This document shows positions 1-8,440 of a DNA stretch of 64,000 nucleotides, piece after piece. Under the pieces are notes generated by a model. It worked only from the letters and a program-made list of their open reading frames with translations. It ran no database searches and was not told the origin of the DNA. The stretch comes from Candidatus Eiseniibacteriota bacterium (GTDB taxonomy: Bacteria > Eisenbacteria > RBG-16-71-46 > DASYSL01): positions 43,412-107,411 of the forward strand of contig JANPEF010000061.1 of assembly GCA_031431875.1 (NCBI GenBank), read 5' to 3'. A program made the translations under genes and the position numbers. Within the stretch, counting starts at the first letter, position 1, and each line of letters begins with the position of its first letter.

Positions 1-311
1 CGCGCGCCATGGGCGGCGCCTCCGAGGAGGGCCGGGAAGCGCAGTTCCAGTGGGCGATGCAGAACTACGATGCGATCATGAAGCGCGTGCCACCCATGTT
101 CGCAGTGTTCATGCCGTTCGTCGGATCCGGCTGTTCCGGCGACCGGCTCACGGCGACGCAGTCGTTCTTCGCCGATCCGGCGCACGCGCCTCCGGGCACC
201 GAGAAGGAACTGGCAAAGGTGACCGAAACGGTCGAGGACTGCATGAAGCTGCGGGCGCGCGAAGGTCCGCGCGTGCGCGAGTTCCTGCAGCGAGGTCCGG
301 TTGCGAACTAG
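1..311 (+). CDS. 3' end of a probable M1-family aminopeptidase (ERAP1-like C-terminal domain), truncated by window start
   Basis: Open frame from the window edge to TAG at 309-311. The helical sequence (QFQWAMQNYDAIMKR...GCS...QSFF...ETVEDCMKLR) resembles the C-terminus of bacterial aminopeptidase N. The catalytic region is not visible. Confidence 0.6.
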   Translation, partial: RAMGGASEEGREAQFQWAMQNYDAIMKRVPPMFAVFMPFVGSGCSGDRLTATQSFFADPAHAPPGTEKELAKVTETVEDCMKLRAREGPRVREFLQRGPVAN

Positions 312-1075
312 CGGTAGCCAGCCTTGATGCGGCCCCACGTCGCCGGAACGGCCGGCGTGGGTGTCTCGTAGGTGATGGTGAGCGCGGGGCGGAGTGTGGG
401 ATCCGTCGATTCGCGGGAGTCGAACTTCTTGACCGTCTGCGCTATCGCCTCGTTGCCGCGCAGCAGCCAGCCGTGGTTGCTCGCAGGCTCGTCGAGCCAC
501 GCCTGCACGTCGGCGACCAGCCCGGGATTCGACGTCCACACGTAGGTTCCCGTTGCGTCGACCGCCAGCGTCGCGCTCGCCGCCGCCGCGAAGTCGCCCC
601 CGGCCGCGGCCCAGAGGGATCCCGGGAAGAAGGTGTGCTTCCACGTTGCGTCGCCGGCCTGTGCCGGCGCGCCGCTGCCACCGGCGATCCCGGCGTCCGA
701 GGCGCCCTCACCCCAGGCGGCGCTCGCGCGGTGCAACCCAACGTTCGCGGCTCCGGCACTCGTCTGGCTCATGATCAACTCAAGATCGACCGACAGGATC
801 GTCGCGCCGTCGGGAATCGCCGCGGCCACGTTGAACCACAGCAACCCGCGGCGGATGCTGTTCGTGGCCTGGTTGTTGCGGCCGGCGAAAAAGCTGGTGC
901 CCGCGCCGTTGCTGAGGGATCCAGTAGCGCTCTCGTAGAGCGTATTGTCTTTCGCCGCGCCGATGACCAGCGTCGTGCCGGCCCGCGCACCCGGAGCGGG
1001 AACGAGCAGGGCGACGAGGACGGCGACCAGCCGGGCCGCGGATCGGCCGCCGCGATGGGCGTGGAACGGGTTCAC
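308..1075 (-). CDS. Secreted DNRLRE-domain protein with C-terminal TWGxxKxxYR motif (255 aa)
   Basis: GTG at 1075 preceded by GAGGAG. Signal peptide ends in ARA. DNTLYE...RRGLLWF...WGEG...ATW...VQAWLD...NHGWLL...FDSRE...RPALTITY is typical of DNRLRE domains. Ends PATWGRIKAGYR. Confidence 0.8.
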   Translation of the reverse strand: MNPFHAHRGGRSAARLVAVLVALLVPAPGARAGTTLVIGAAKDNTLYESATGSLSNGAGTSFFAGRNNQATNSIRRGLLWFNVAAAIPDGATILSVDLELIMSQTSAGAANVGLHRASAAWGEGASDAGIAGGSGAPAQAGDATWKHTFFPGSLWAAAGGDFAAAASATLAVDATGTYVWTSNPGLVADVQAWLDEPASNHGWLLRGNEAIAQTVKKFDSRESTDPTLRPALTITYETPTPAVPATWGRIKAGYR

Positions 1076-1241
1076 GAAATTCTCCTCGAATGGGGTCGCC
1101 GGCGACCGATCGGCAGGGGAAGGGCCGACGACGAGTATACAACGCCCCCCCTTGCGCCCGCACCTGTGGGCGGGGAGAATGCGGCGTCCGGCCGTAGGGC
1201 TCGCCGTCCGATCATCCACCCTCCAGCTGTTCTGGGGACCC

Positions 1242-3338
1242 ATGCGCGAAGAAGACCTGCTCCGCCTCGTCTGGATCACCGATCCGCAGATCGCACCCGC
1301 GGGGGATCGCATCGTGTTCGTGCGCGTCATCGTCGACGAGGCGAACGATCGCTACGCGACCTCCCTGTGGATCGCTGATGCCGCCCTTGGCCGGCCGCGG
1401 CCGCTCACCTTCGGGCCCGGCGATGCACAGCCCCGCTGGTCGCCCGACGGCACGCGCCTCGCGTTCGTGCGCTCGCCCGAGCCCGGCCAGCCCGCACAGC
1501 TGTGGGTGATGCCCATGCGCGGCGGCGGCGAGGCCGTGCGGTTGACCGACCTGGTGAAGGGCGCGGGATCCCCGGCATGGTCGCCCGACGGCATGCAGAT
1601 CGCGTTCACCAGCGGCACGAACCCCGAGCTCGACACGCCCGACGCGGAGGCGAAGAAGCCGAAGAACGCCCCCGGGCGGATCGTCGCGCGGCCCATGGTG
1701 AAGCTCGACAACGTGGGTGCGCTCGATCCCGAACACCAGGACCACGTGTGGGTGGTGGCACTCGCCGTCGACGGCGCCGCCGCTGGAGCGCCGCGCATGC
1801 TGACCTGCGGCCGCTTCAACGAGGACGCGCCCGAGTGGTCGCCCGACGGCGCGGGCGTCTGCTTCGTGAGCGATCGCCGGCTCGCACCGTGGTATGGCCT
1901 CGATGATGCGGACGTGTGGTCCGTCGCGGCCGACCGCACGGTCCCGACCGAGAGCGAGGTCACGCTCGTTGCAGACGTGGCGGGCACCATCGGCCGCTTC
2001 ACGCTGGGCGCTGACGGTCGCGTGCTCGCGGTGGGGATGCTGACGCAGGAACCGCCTCGCTCCTACGACCAGCCCGACGTGTTCGTGTGCGCGCCGCCGT
2101 TCCCGCAGCCCACGCCGCACGGGCTCACCCAGGCATACGAGTTCGAGGCGGGGGACTCGTCGATCTCCTCCGACCAGCACCCGCCCCGGGCGGGCGGCAG
2201 CGTTCCGCTGGCGTTCATCGAGGGTGGGGCCGCCGTGCTCACGGTGGTGGGGCGGCACGGCGCGTGCATCCTGGCGCGCATCGGCGCCGACGGTTCGGTG
2301 ACCGAGCTCACGCCCGCCGATCGCGAGATCGTCTCGGGCACCGTGTCGGCCGACGGGAAGTGCGCCGCGGTGATCGTCGGCTCACCGTCCCGGCCCGGGG
2401 TGCTTTGCGCCTGCGACGTGGCGAGCGGCGCGCTGACGCCGTTGTACGACCCGAACGAGGCACTGTTCACCGAATCGAAGCTGGGGAAGGTCGAGGAGGT
2501 CTGGTACCCGTCGTTCGACGGGCAGAAGGTCCAGGGCTGGGTGGTGACGCCGCCCGGGTTCGATCCCGCGCAGAAGTATCCGCTCGTGCTGCAGATCCAC
2601 GGCGGTCCGCACGTGGCGTACGGCGTCGGCTTCTTCCACGAATTCCAGGTGCTCGCCGAGGCCGGCTATGTCGTCCTCTACGTGAACCCGCGTGGCTCGA
2701 CGACGTACGGGCAGGAGTTCGGCAACGTGATCCAGTTCGAGTATCCAGGCGACGACTGGAAGGACCTGATGGCCGGCGTCGACCTGCTGGTCGGCCGCGG
2801 CTTCATCGACGCGACGCGGATGGGCGTCACCGGCGGATCGGGCGGGGGGCTCCTGACCAACTGGACGGTGGTGAACACCGATCGCTTCGCCTGCGCGATC
2901 ACGCAGCGCTGCGTCGCCGACTGGACGTCGTTCTGGTACGGGGCCGATTTCGCGCAGTTGACGAACTTCTGGTTCCGCGGCGCGCCCCACGAGGATCCGG
3001 CCGACTATGCGCGCCGCTCACCGCTGACGCACGCGGCCCGGGCGAAGACGCCGCTGCTCGTCGTCCACAGCGAGGACGACTGGCGGACGCCGATCGTTCA
3101 GGGGGAGGGGATGTTTCGCGCCATGCTTGCCCAGCGCGTGCCCACGGCGATGATCCGCTTCCCGGGCGAGGGCCACGAGCTGTCGCGGAGCGGCGCGCCG
3201 TCGCGGCGGGTGCAGAACCAGCGCGTGATGCGCCGCTGGTTCGATCGCTGGCTCCAGGGCAAGGACGCGCCCGAGTTCGACGATCCGCTGGCCGCGGCAC
3301 CGGCGCCGCTTCCGGCAGGGGCCCGCGCGAAGGGCTAG
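1242..3338 (+). CDS. S9 family serine peptidase (acylaminoacyl/dipeptidyl peptidase) with PD40 beta-propeller
   Basis: Repeated WSPDG motifs, IHGGPH, nucleophile GGSGGG, EDDWR Asp and GEGHELSRSG His. Alternative ATG at 1179. Confidence 0.92.
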   Translation: MREEDLLRLVWITDPQIAPAGDRIVFVRVIVDEANDRYATSLWIADAALGRPRPLTFGPGDAQPRWSPDGTRLAFVRSPEPGQPAQLWVMPMRGGGEAVRLTDLVKGAGSPAWSPDGMQIAFTSGTNPELDTPDAEAKKPKNAPGRIVARPMVKLDNVGALDPEHQDHVWVVALAVDGAAAGAPRMLTCGRFNEDAPEWSPDGAGVCFVSDRRLAPWYGLDDADVWSVAADRTVPTESEVTLVADVAGTIGRFTLGADGRVLAVGMLTQEPPRSYDQPDVFVCAPPFPQPTPHGLTQAYEFEAGDSSISSDQHPPRAGGSVPLAFIEGGAAVLTVVGRHGACILARIGADGSVTELTPADREIVSGTVSADGKCAAVIVGSPSRPGVLCACDVASGALTPLYDPNEALFTESKLGKVEEVWYPSFDGQKVQGWVVTPPGFDPAQKYPLVLQIHGGPHVAYGVGFFHEFQVLAEAGYVVLYVNPRGSTTYGQEFGNVIQFEYPGDDWKDLMAGVDLLVGRGFIDATRMGVTGGSGGGLLTNWTVVNTDRFACAITQRCVADWTSFWYGADFAQLTNFWFRGAPHEDPADYARRSPLTHAARAKTPLLVVHSEDDWRTPIVQGEGMFRAMLAQRVPTAMIRFPGEGHELSRSGAPSRRVQNQRVMRRWFDRWLQGKDAPEFDDPLAAAPAPLPAGARAKG

Positions 3339-3344
3339 AGGCCG

Positions 3345-4337
3345 CTAGGCAGCGCGGCGGGCGGGCGTCTCGACGCAGTTGCCGCCGTGCTGCCGCGCAT
3401 CGCGCAGCACGCGCTCGGTCACCGCCCACAAGGTCTCGAGATCCACGCCGTCGCCCGGGAACGTGGCGACGCCGAACGTTGCCGACACGGCGCCCGCGGC
3501 GTGCGGTGCGAAGGCGTGGGTGGTGAGCGCGCTGCGCATGCGTGCGGCCACTTCGACCGCACCCTCGCGGCCGGTCTGCGGGAGCACGACCGCCGTCAGG
3601 CCGCCCGTGCAGCGGCCGACCAGGTCGATGTCGCGCACGTGCGATCCCAGGAGTTCCGCGACGTCCGCCAGAGTGCCCGCCGGCCAGGATTCGTCGCCGG
3701 CATCCGCCGCCGGATCGACCGCGACGAGGATCAGCGACAACTCCTGCCCGTGACGATGGGCTCGCCGGATCTCCTTCTTGAGCGCGGCGCGCAGTGTGCG
3801 CTCGCCCACGGCATCCCCGTCGTCGGCCCTGGGTACACGTGCGGCGAGGCGGCGGCGTTCGAGCGCGGCGCCGAGCCACGCGGCGAGGAGGAGCATCGAC
3901 TGCATCTCGCCTGCGGTGAAGCGGGCGCGGCCGCGACGGCGATGGACGGCGAGGTACGAAGGCTCGTGATCGGCCCGCGCGATCGGCACGAACAGCACGG
4001 GCCCGGCCTCGACGCCCGGGCAGCCGTCGCCCTCGGCATAGGCCGGTTGTTCGGACAGGTCGGCGAAGCTGATCGTCCGGGGTTCGGCCGCGAGGGCGCG
4101 CAGCGCCTCGCTGCCCTCCGGCGCGAGCGGCAGCACGGCCGGCAGGTCGCCGCCCGCGTGCAGAACCAGGCGCTCGGTCGGACGGCGCGACGACACGAGG
4201 ACGACCGCGGCCGCATCGGCGTCGACGAGGGCGCCCGCGGTGCGCAGGGCGCGCGCGAGCAACTGCCCGCGCGTTCCGGGTGACGCCGGGTTCTCGAGTG
4301 CGAGCAGCAGTTCGTGGATCCGGTCGGCCTGGGCCAT
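3345..4337 (-). CDS. GAF plus degenerate GGDEF-domain protein
   Basis: ATG at 4337 after AGGAGG. N-terminal GAF-like region, then KEIRRAHRHGQELSLILVAVD...RDIDLVGRCTGGLTAVVLPQT...SATFGVATFP. The GGDEF signature is replaced by TGGLT. Confidence 0.85.
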   Translation of the reverse strand: MAQADRIHELLLALENPASPGTRGQLLARALRTAGALVDADAAAVVLVSSRRPTERLVLHAGGDLPAVLPLAPEGSEALRALAAEPRTISFADLSEQPAYAEGDGCPGVEAGPVLFVPIARADHEPSYLAVHRRRGRARFTAGEMQSMLLLAAWLGAALERRRLAARVPRADDGDAVGERTLRAALKKEIRRAHRHGQELSLILVAVDPAADAGDESWPAGTLADVAELLGSHVRDIDLVGRCTGGLTAVVLPQTGREGAVEVAARMRSALTTHAFAPHAAGAVSATFGVATFPGDGVDLETLWAVTERVLRDARQHGGNCVETPARRAA

Positions 4338-4386
4338 TGCCCTTCCTCCTTGGCGACGCCGGACGGTCGGCGTCGAGGCAAGGAAG

Positions 4387-4402
4387 TGCAACCGCCATGC
4401 CA
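4387..4402 (-). promoter_or_regulatory. Putative sigma54 (-24/-12) promoter for the GAF-GGDEF gene
   Basis: Minus strand reads TGGCATGGCGGTTGCA (GG-N10-GC), 50 nt upstream of the ATG. Confidence 0.65.
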
Positions 4403-4538
4403 GCGAGGTCAGGTCGGGCACCGAACGCGCAGTGTGTTGTCCCGGTGTGCATTGCGCTTGTCGCTTGCGATGTCAGGTGAGCCTGGCGGCTTTGCCACCA
4501 GGACAGGTGGCGTCGATTTGGCCACCCGGGGTGGGCGA

Positions 4539-4567
4539 TTGACACCCGGTGCGGATGCTCCTATGCT
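4539..4567 (+). promoter_or_regulatory. Putative sigma70 promoter for the 4677 gene
   Basis: TTGACA-N17-TATGCT. Confidence 0.7.
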
Positions 4568-4676
4568 CCTTGGGCTCGCCGATTCGAGCCCCCCACGAGC
4601 ATCGTTCGCAGCACCGGGACTTCGGCCCGGTCCCCTGCCCCAGCCAGCAAACTCACGGTTCCGTGGAGGCAGTCCC

Positions 4677-5387
4677 ATGAAGCGCTTGTCATTCCTGTCC
4701 GCGTTTGCCCTCTTGGCCGCGCCCGCCCTTGCCTTCGCCGCTCCGAATGCCGGCACCTACCAGACCACCGACCTCGGCGGCCAGCTCCTCACCGGGCGCG
4801 CCTCGTCGCACCGGACGGGGATCAACTCCGGCCTGCCGCATGTCCTGCACTCGCAGTCGTGGAACGGCTCGACGCTCGGCACGCAGTGGGAGTTGCGCTG
4901 CGCGGTCGAGAACGCCGCGTTCGGCATCCAGGACAACCGCGTCAACGGCACCGGCACCATCGTCTACAGCTCGACCTACACCGGCGGCCAGTTCGAGCTG
5001 TACAACACCGGCGGCGCCTGGGGTGACGGCGTGGCCGCGCTCGGAACGACGAGCATCATCTCGACCGTGCAGTTCGTGAACATCAACAACGTCTCGACGC
5101 CGGTCGCGTCGGTCGTCAATGCCAACACCTCGGGTGACTTCGGCGGCGGCTGCGTCCTCACCTTCGCGATCGCGAATGGCGTCGGCGTGGGCGAGACGAC
5201 GAGCCTCGACGTTTCGATCCAGAAGCCGGCCGACTACCCGACGTTCCTCGCCGCCAACTGCGGCCTCGCCTTGCCCAACGAGCAGTTCGGCACGTGGGGC
5301 ACCATGATCACCGGGACGCTGCGCATCGATTGCTCGGTCGACGCAACGACTTCGACCTGGGGCGCGGTGAAGAACATCTATCGCTGA
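4677..5387 (+). CDS. Secreted beta-rich hypothetical protein with C-terminal TWGxxKxxYR motif (236 aa)
   Basis: ATG after GGAGG. Signal peptide MKRLSFLSAFALLAAPALAFA. Ends STWGAVKNIYR. Its TGA stop is partly supplied by the IS end. Confidence 0.85.
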   Translation: MKRLSFLSAFALLAAPALAFAAPNAGTYQTTDLGGQLLTGRASSHRTGINSGLPHVLHSQSWNGSTLGTQWELRCAVENAAFGIQDNRVNGTGTIVYSSTYTGGQFELYNTGGAWGDGVAALGTTSIISTVQFVNINNVSTPVASVVNANTSGDFGGGCVLTFAIANGVGVGETTSLDVSIQKPADYPTFLAANCGLALPNEQFGTWGTMITGTLRIDCSVDATTSTWGAVKNIYR

Positions 5388-5420
5388 TATGGCATGACCT
5401 CTTGTCAAGCTGGTCCACAC

Positions 5421-5454
5421 GCGACCACCGCTCCGGCGGTGGTCGCTGTGTTTT
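5421..5454 (+). terminator. Terminator-like hairpin inside the IS right end
   Basis: GCGACCACCGC-TCCG-GCGGTGGTCGC (11-bp stem) followed by TGTGTTTT on the plus strand. Confidence 0.6.
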
Positions 5455-5462
5455 GGGGAGAT

Positions 5463-5684
5463 GAGCTTCTGGAAGGACGGACGCGGAAGTCGCCGACGGC
5501 GTGTCACTCTGATATCCGCGGGTTGCCTCGAAGGATCGGGGCCGAGCCGCATGACCGTAGTTCGTCGGGAGGTACCGCAGTCTAGCATCGTGAGTCGGTG
5601 GCTCCGGTGAACCGGAGTCCCGTCGCGTAGCGATATCGCGGGTTATCTCACGCATCATCCCCTCGTCCGTCCATCCTGAAGCTC
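5463..5684 (-). ncRNA. Predicted IS110 bridge RNA / seekRNA
   Basis: Enclosed by a 19/21 inverted repeat (5463-5483 with 5664-5684). Two internal hairpins (5602-5617, 5525-5542) are each flanked by segments matching the target (TATCGCTA, GATGCTAG) or the donor junction (TACGGTCA, ATATCAGA). Exact RNA ends are unknown. Confidence 0.75.
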
Positions 5685-6804
5685 AGCCTTGGGCCTTCGC
5701 GGCTTCCGGCCGGGCCAGTGCGGCCCAGAGGAAGCCGGCGAGCTCGCGAGCAATCGCGATGACGATCTTGTTGCGGTGCTTGCCTCGAGCCTCCATCTGC
5801 CGGAATCGACGACAGAGCCGCTTCTGGGCCCGATCGGCCAGGGCAATCATGGCCGGCGGCTGGCCAAGCCGCCGGTTCGCCAGGTCCTTGCTGACCCGAG
5901 CCTTGTGGCGGTAGTTCCAGGAGCCTTCGATCAGAGTGCGGCGCACGTGCTGGTTGCCGGCGCGCGTGATCCCGCCGCGGCGATGATGATCTCCACTGCT
6001 GGCTTCCGAGGGCACGAGCCCGAGAAAGGCCATGAGCGAAGGAGCAGACGGAAACCTCCGAACGTCATGAAGCTCCGACAGCAAGATCATGGCGTTCACC
6101 GTGTCGATCCCGCGAAAGCAGCGGAGCCAACCGACTCGTTCGCGCCACGGCTCTCCCTGGGAGATCGCCAGGAGCTCGACATCGAGCGCGGAGCGCTGGG
6201 CCTCACGCTGCTCGACCGTGAGCAGGTAGTCCTCGAAGACGATCCGCTCGGAAGGGCGTTCGAACACCAGGCTCGTGAGCCAGGTCCGATGGGCCTGAGA
6301 CCACGAGTGTGCTTGCCCCGTGCCGAAGACCAGCCCGTGCCGCAACAGGAAGTGCGTGAGGCGGTGACGCGCCCGCGTGAGATCGACGCGCGCATCGTCG
6401 CGGCAGCGGCACAGATCCCGTACCGCCTCCTCGTCAACGCTCGGAGGATGGACTTCGGTCAGAAGCCCTGCGCGAAACAGCTCGGCCAGCTTGCGCGCAT
6501 CCCTGCGATCGGTCTTGATGCGATCGCCCGGCCGAAGCGGCGTCAGGGACGGCGCGATCACCGTGCACTCGCAGCCCTGAGCGATCAGATCACGCTGAAG
6601 CACGTAACCGCAGGGTCCTGCTTCGTAACAGCAACGAACCGGTCCCTGCGCCTGGGCCTTGATGCGCTGGACCAACTTGCGGACTTGGGCCGCCTGGTTC
6701 GCGATCTGCCCATTCCACGGCTCCCGATCCTGGGGCTTGAGTACGCAAAACGAGATCGTGTTGCGATGGACATCCAGACCGACGATGGTGCTAGGCTCTT
6801 GCAC
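5683..6804 (-). CDS. IS110 family transposase/recombinase (DEDD RuvC-like domain plus Tnp_20 domain), 373 aa
   Basis: GTG at 6804 after GGGAG. Motifs GLDVH, YEAG, KTDRRDA, GLVPSEASSG (catalytic Ser), GITRAGN, AIARELAGFLW. Confidence 0.95.
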   Translation of the reverse strand: MQEPSTIVGLDVHRNTISFCVLKPQDREPWNGQIANQAAQVRKLVQRIKAQAQGPVRCCYEAGPCGYVLQRDLIAQGCECTVIAPSLTPLRPGDRIKTDRRDARKLAELFRAGLLTEVHPPSVDEEAVRDLCRCRDDARVDLTRARHRLTHFLLRHGLVFGTGQAHSWSQAHRTWLTSLVFERPSERIVFEDYLLTVEQREAQRSALDVELLAISQGEPWRERVGWLRCFRGIDTVNAMILLSELHDVRRFPSAPSLMAFLGLVPSEASSGDHHRRGGITRAGNQHVRRTLIEGSWNYRHKARVSKDLANRRLGQPPAMIALADRAQKRLCRRFRQMEARGKHRNKIVIAIARELAGFLWAALARPEAAKAQG

Positions 6805-6952
6805 GGCCGGCTCCCTTCGTATGCGGCTCTGCTGCTTCAAGCAGCAAACCGCGTCAGAGTGGATCAAACCACCCGGTCGTTCCCGGGGTTCCTGGTTGGG
6901 AACGACGGTACGAACCGGGGGCCGGTCATGCCATAGGGTCTAGAGTCGGGGC

Positions 6953-7672
6953 CTAGTCCGGCAGCGTCGAGACCTTGAACGGCGTCGGCGGAGACGAGGT
7001 GACGACCTTGCCGCCTTCGTCCCGGGCGTCCACGCGGACGAGCAGCGCCTGTCCCGCAACCGGACGGAAGTCGAGTTCGGAGGCCGGCACGTCGAGCGCC
7101 GAGTCGCCGCGCACGCTCCGGTATGCCAGCTCTTCGAGGCGGTCCGAGTAGACGCGCACCTCGTAGGTGTCGGCGCCCGGAACCGCGTTCCACGAGACGT
7201 GCAATCCGTCGACATCGAGCCCGGCCGAGCGGACGCGCAGCATCGGCGCATTCGCATCGCTCGATCCGCCGCGCAGGACCTGCGATGGATCGTGCTCCGC
7301 ATGGCGCGGCCACAGAACGACCCCGCCCACCACGATTGCCGCCACCACGAGCCCCAGCGCGGGCCGCAGTGCCGGCGCGAACAGCGCGGCCCACCACGAG
7401 GTGCGCGGCGTCGCGCGTAACGGCGCGTGGGGTGCAGGGTCGGGTTCGGAAGGCGCGCCGATCGTCCGCGCCAGGAACGCCGACAGCCGGGCGTCCGCCG
7501 CCGCGACGTCCGGCAGCGCGGCGTCGGCGCCGGGATCCATGAACCGGGCGTAGGCATCGAGCAGCGCGCCGCAGCGCGGGCACTGCGCGACGTGGGCGCG
7601 GCGCGGATCCGTCGCCGGCAGCTCGGCGACCGTGGCCAGTTCCTCGACCGGCATGCAGGGCGTGACGGTCAC
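6953..7672 (-). CDS. Putative anti-sigma factor (HxxxCxxC zinc motif, one TM helix, extracytoplasmic beta domain)
   Basis: GTG overlaps the sigma-factor stop (GTGA). Contains HVAQCPRC and the TM segment LGLVVAAIVVGGVVLW. Confidence 0.8.
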   Translation of the reverse strand: MTVTPCMPVEELATVAELPATDPRRAHVAQCPRCGALLDAYARFMDPGADAALPDVAAADARLSAFLARTIGAPSEPDPAPHAPLRATPRTSWWAALFAPALRPALGLVVAAIVVGGVVLWPRHAEHDPSQVLRGGSSDANAPMLRVRSAGLDVDGLHVSWNAVPGADTYEVRVYSDRLEELAYRSVRGDSALDVPASELDFRPVAGQALLVRVDARDEGGKVVTSSPPTPFKVSTLPD

Positions 7673-8250
7673 GGCGTTCTCCCTGCGAGCGCGGTGCGGA
7701 GCTTGCGCCGGGCGCGCTGCAGGAGTGCGCGTGCCCCGGTCGCATTGTCGAGCCTCATCACGACCGTGATCTCCTCGACGGGCAGTCGCTCGAAGCAGCG
7801 CAGCCACAGCGCTTCCCGTTCCTCGGGATCGAGAGTGTCGGCAAGCAGCTGGCGCAACGCTATCTCATCCTGCAGCTCCCCCAGCATCCGTTCCGGGGTG
7901 CCGTCCGTCGCCGGCAGCGTCTCGAGCTCGACGTCGTCGTCGCGCAGCAGGCCCGGCGCCGCGAGTTCGTTCAGGCAACGATTGCGCGCGATCGCGAAAA
8001 GCCACGAGCCGAAGAGCGCCCGGCCCTGGAACGAGCCCAGGGCGCGCCACGCCCGCAGCAGCACCTCCTGCGCCAGTTCGAGCGCTCGTTCCGGATCCCG
8101 CACGTAGCGGTGACACCACACGTACACCCGACGCTGGTAGCGCCCGAGCAACGCCGAAGCCGCGGCCCGCCCGCCCGCCCCGTCGGGATCGGCGGCGTGG
8201 CGGGCGAGGAACTCGTCGTCGGTCGGCTCGGGGCGCGGGGCCTCGCTCAT
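7669..8250 (-). CDS. ECF sigma-70 family RNA polymerase sigma factor
   Basis: Region 2 (ELAQEVLLRAW...FGSWLFAIARNRC) and region 4 (LDPEEREAL...EEI...LQRARRKLR). Translationally coupled to a ZAS-type gene. Confidence 0.9.
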   Translation of the reverse strand: MSEAPRPEPTDDEFLARHAADPDGAGGRAAASALLGRYQRRVYVWCHRYVRDPERALELAQEVLLRAWRALGSFQGRALFGSWLFAIARNRCLNELAAPGLLRDDDVELETLPATDGTPERMLGELQDEIALRQLLADTLDPEEREALWLRCFERLPVEEITVVMRLDNATGARALLQRARRKLRTALAGRTP

Positions 8251-8440
8251 CGGATAGGAACGGCTCCAGGGCCGGAAATCACAGGCGGCGGGCCGGGACG
8301 GGGCAGGCGACCGGTAGCGGACAGCGTAAGCCGTGGCGCCGCAAACGGGAAGGGGCCCGTCCGGTTTCGCTTGTCGCGCCCGAAAGCGCCCCGTACCGTG
8401 CGGGTCGCGCGGCGCATCGTGCCGCCGCAGGGAGGACGCC

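Larger units (their letters stand above)
5384..6941 (-). mobile_element. Complete IS110-family element, IS1111-like (subterminal inverted repeats, downstream non-coding region)
   Basis: Perfect 12-bp subterminal IRs TATGGCATGACC (5388-5399) and GGTCATGCCATA (6924-6935). CT dinucleotide at both junctions (5384-5385 and 6940-6941). Single DEDD transposase and a roughly 300-nt structured non-coding region downstream of it. Confidence 0.9.

Noticed and set aside
6805..6923. IS left non-coding end as the bridge RNA locus
   Set aside because: It is short and I found no target- or donor-matching segments there. All four matches are in the downstream region.
5384..6941. Classical target-site duplication or a DDE-type IS
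   Set aside because: Only a 2-bp CT core is repeated, the IRs are subterminal and the enzyme is DEDD type, all consistent with IS110/IS1111.
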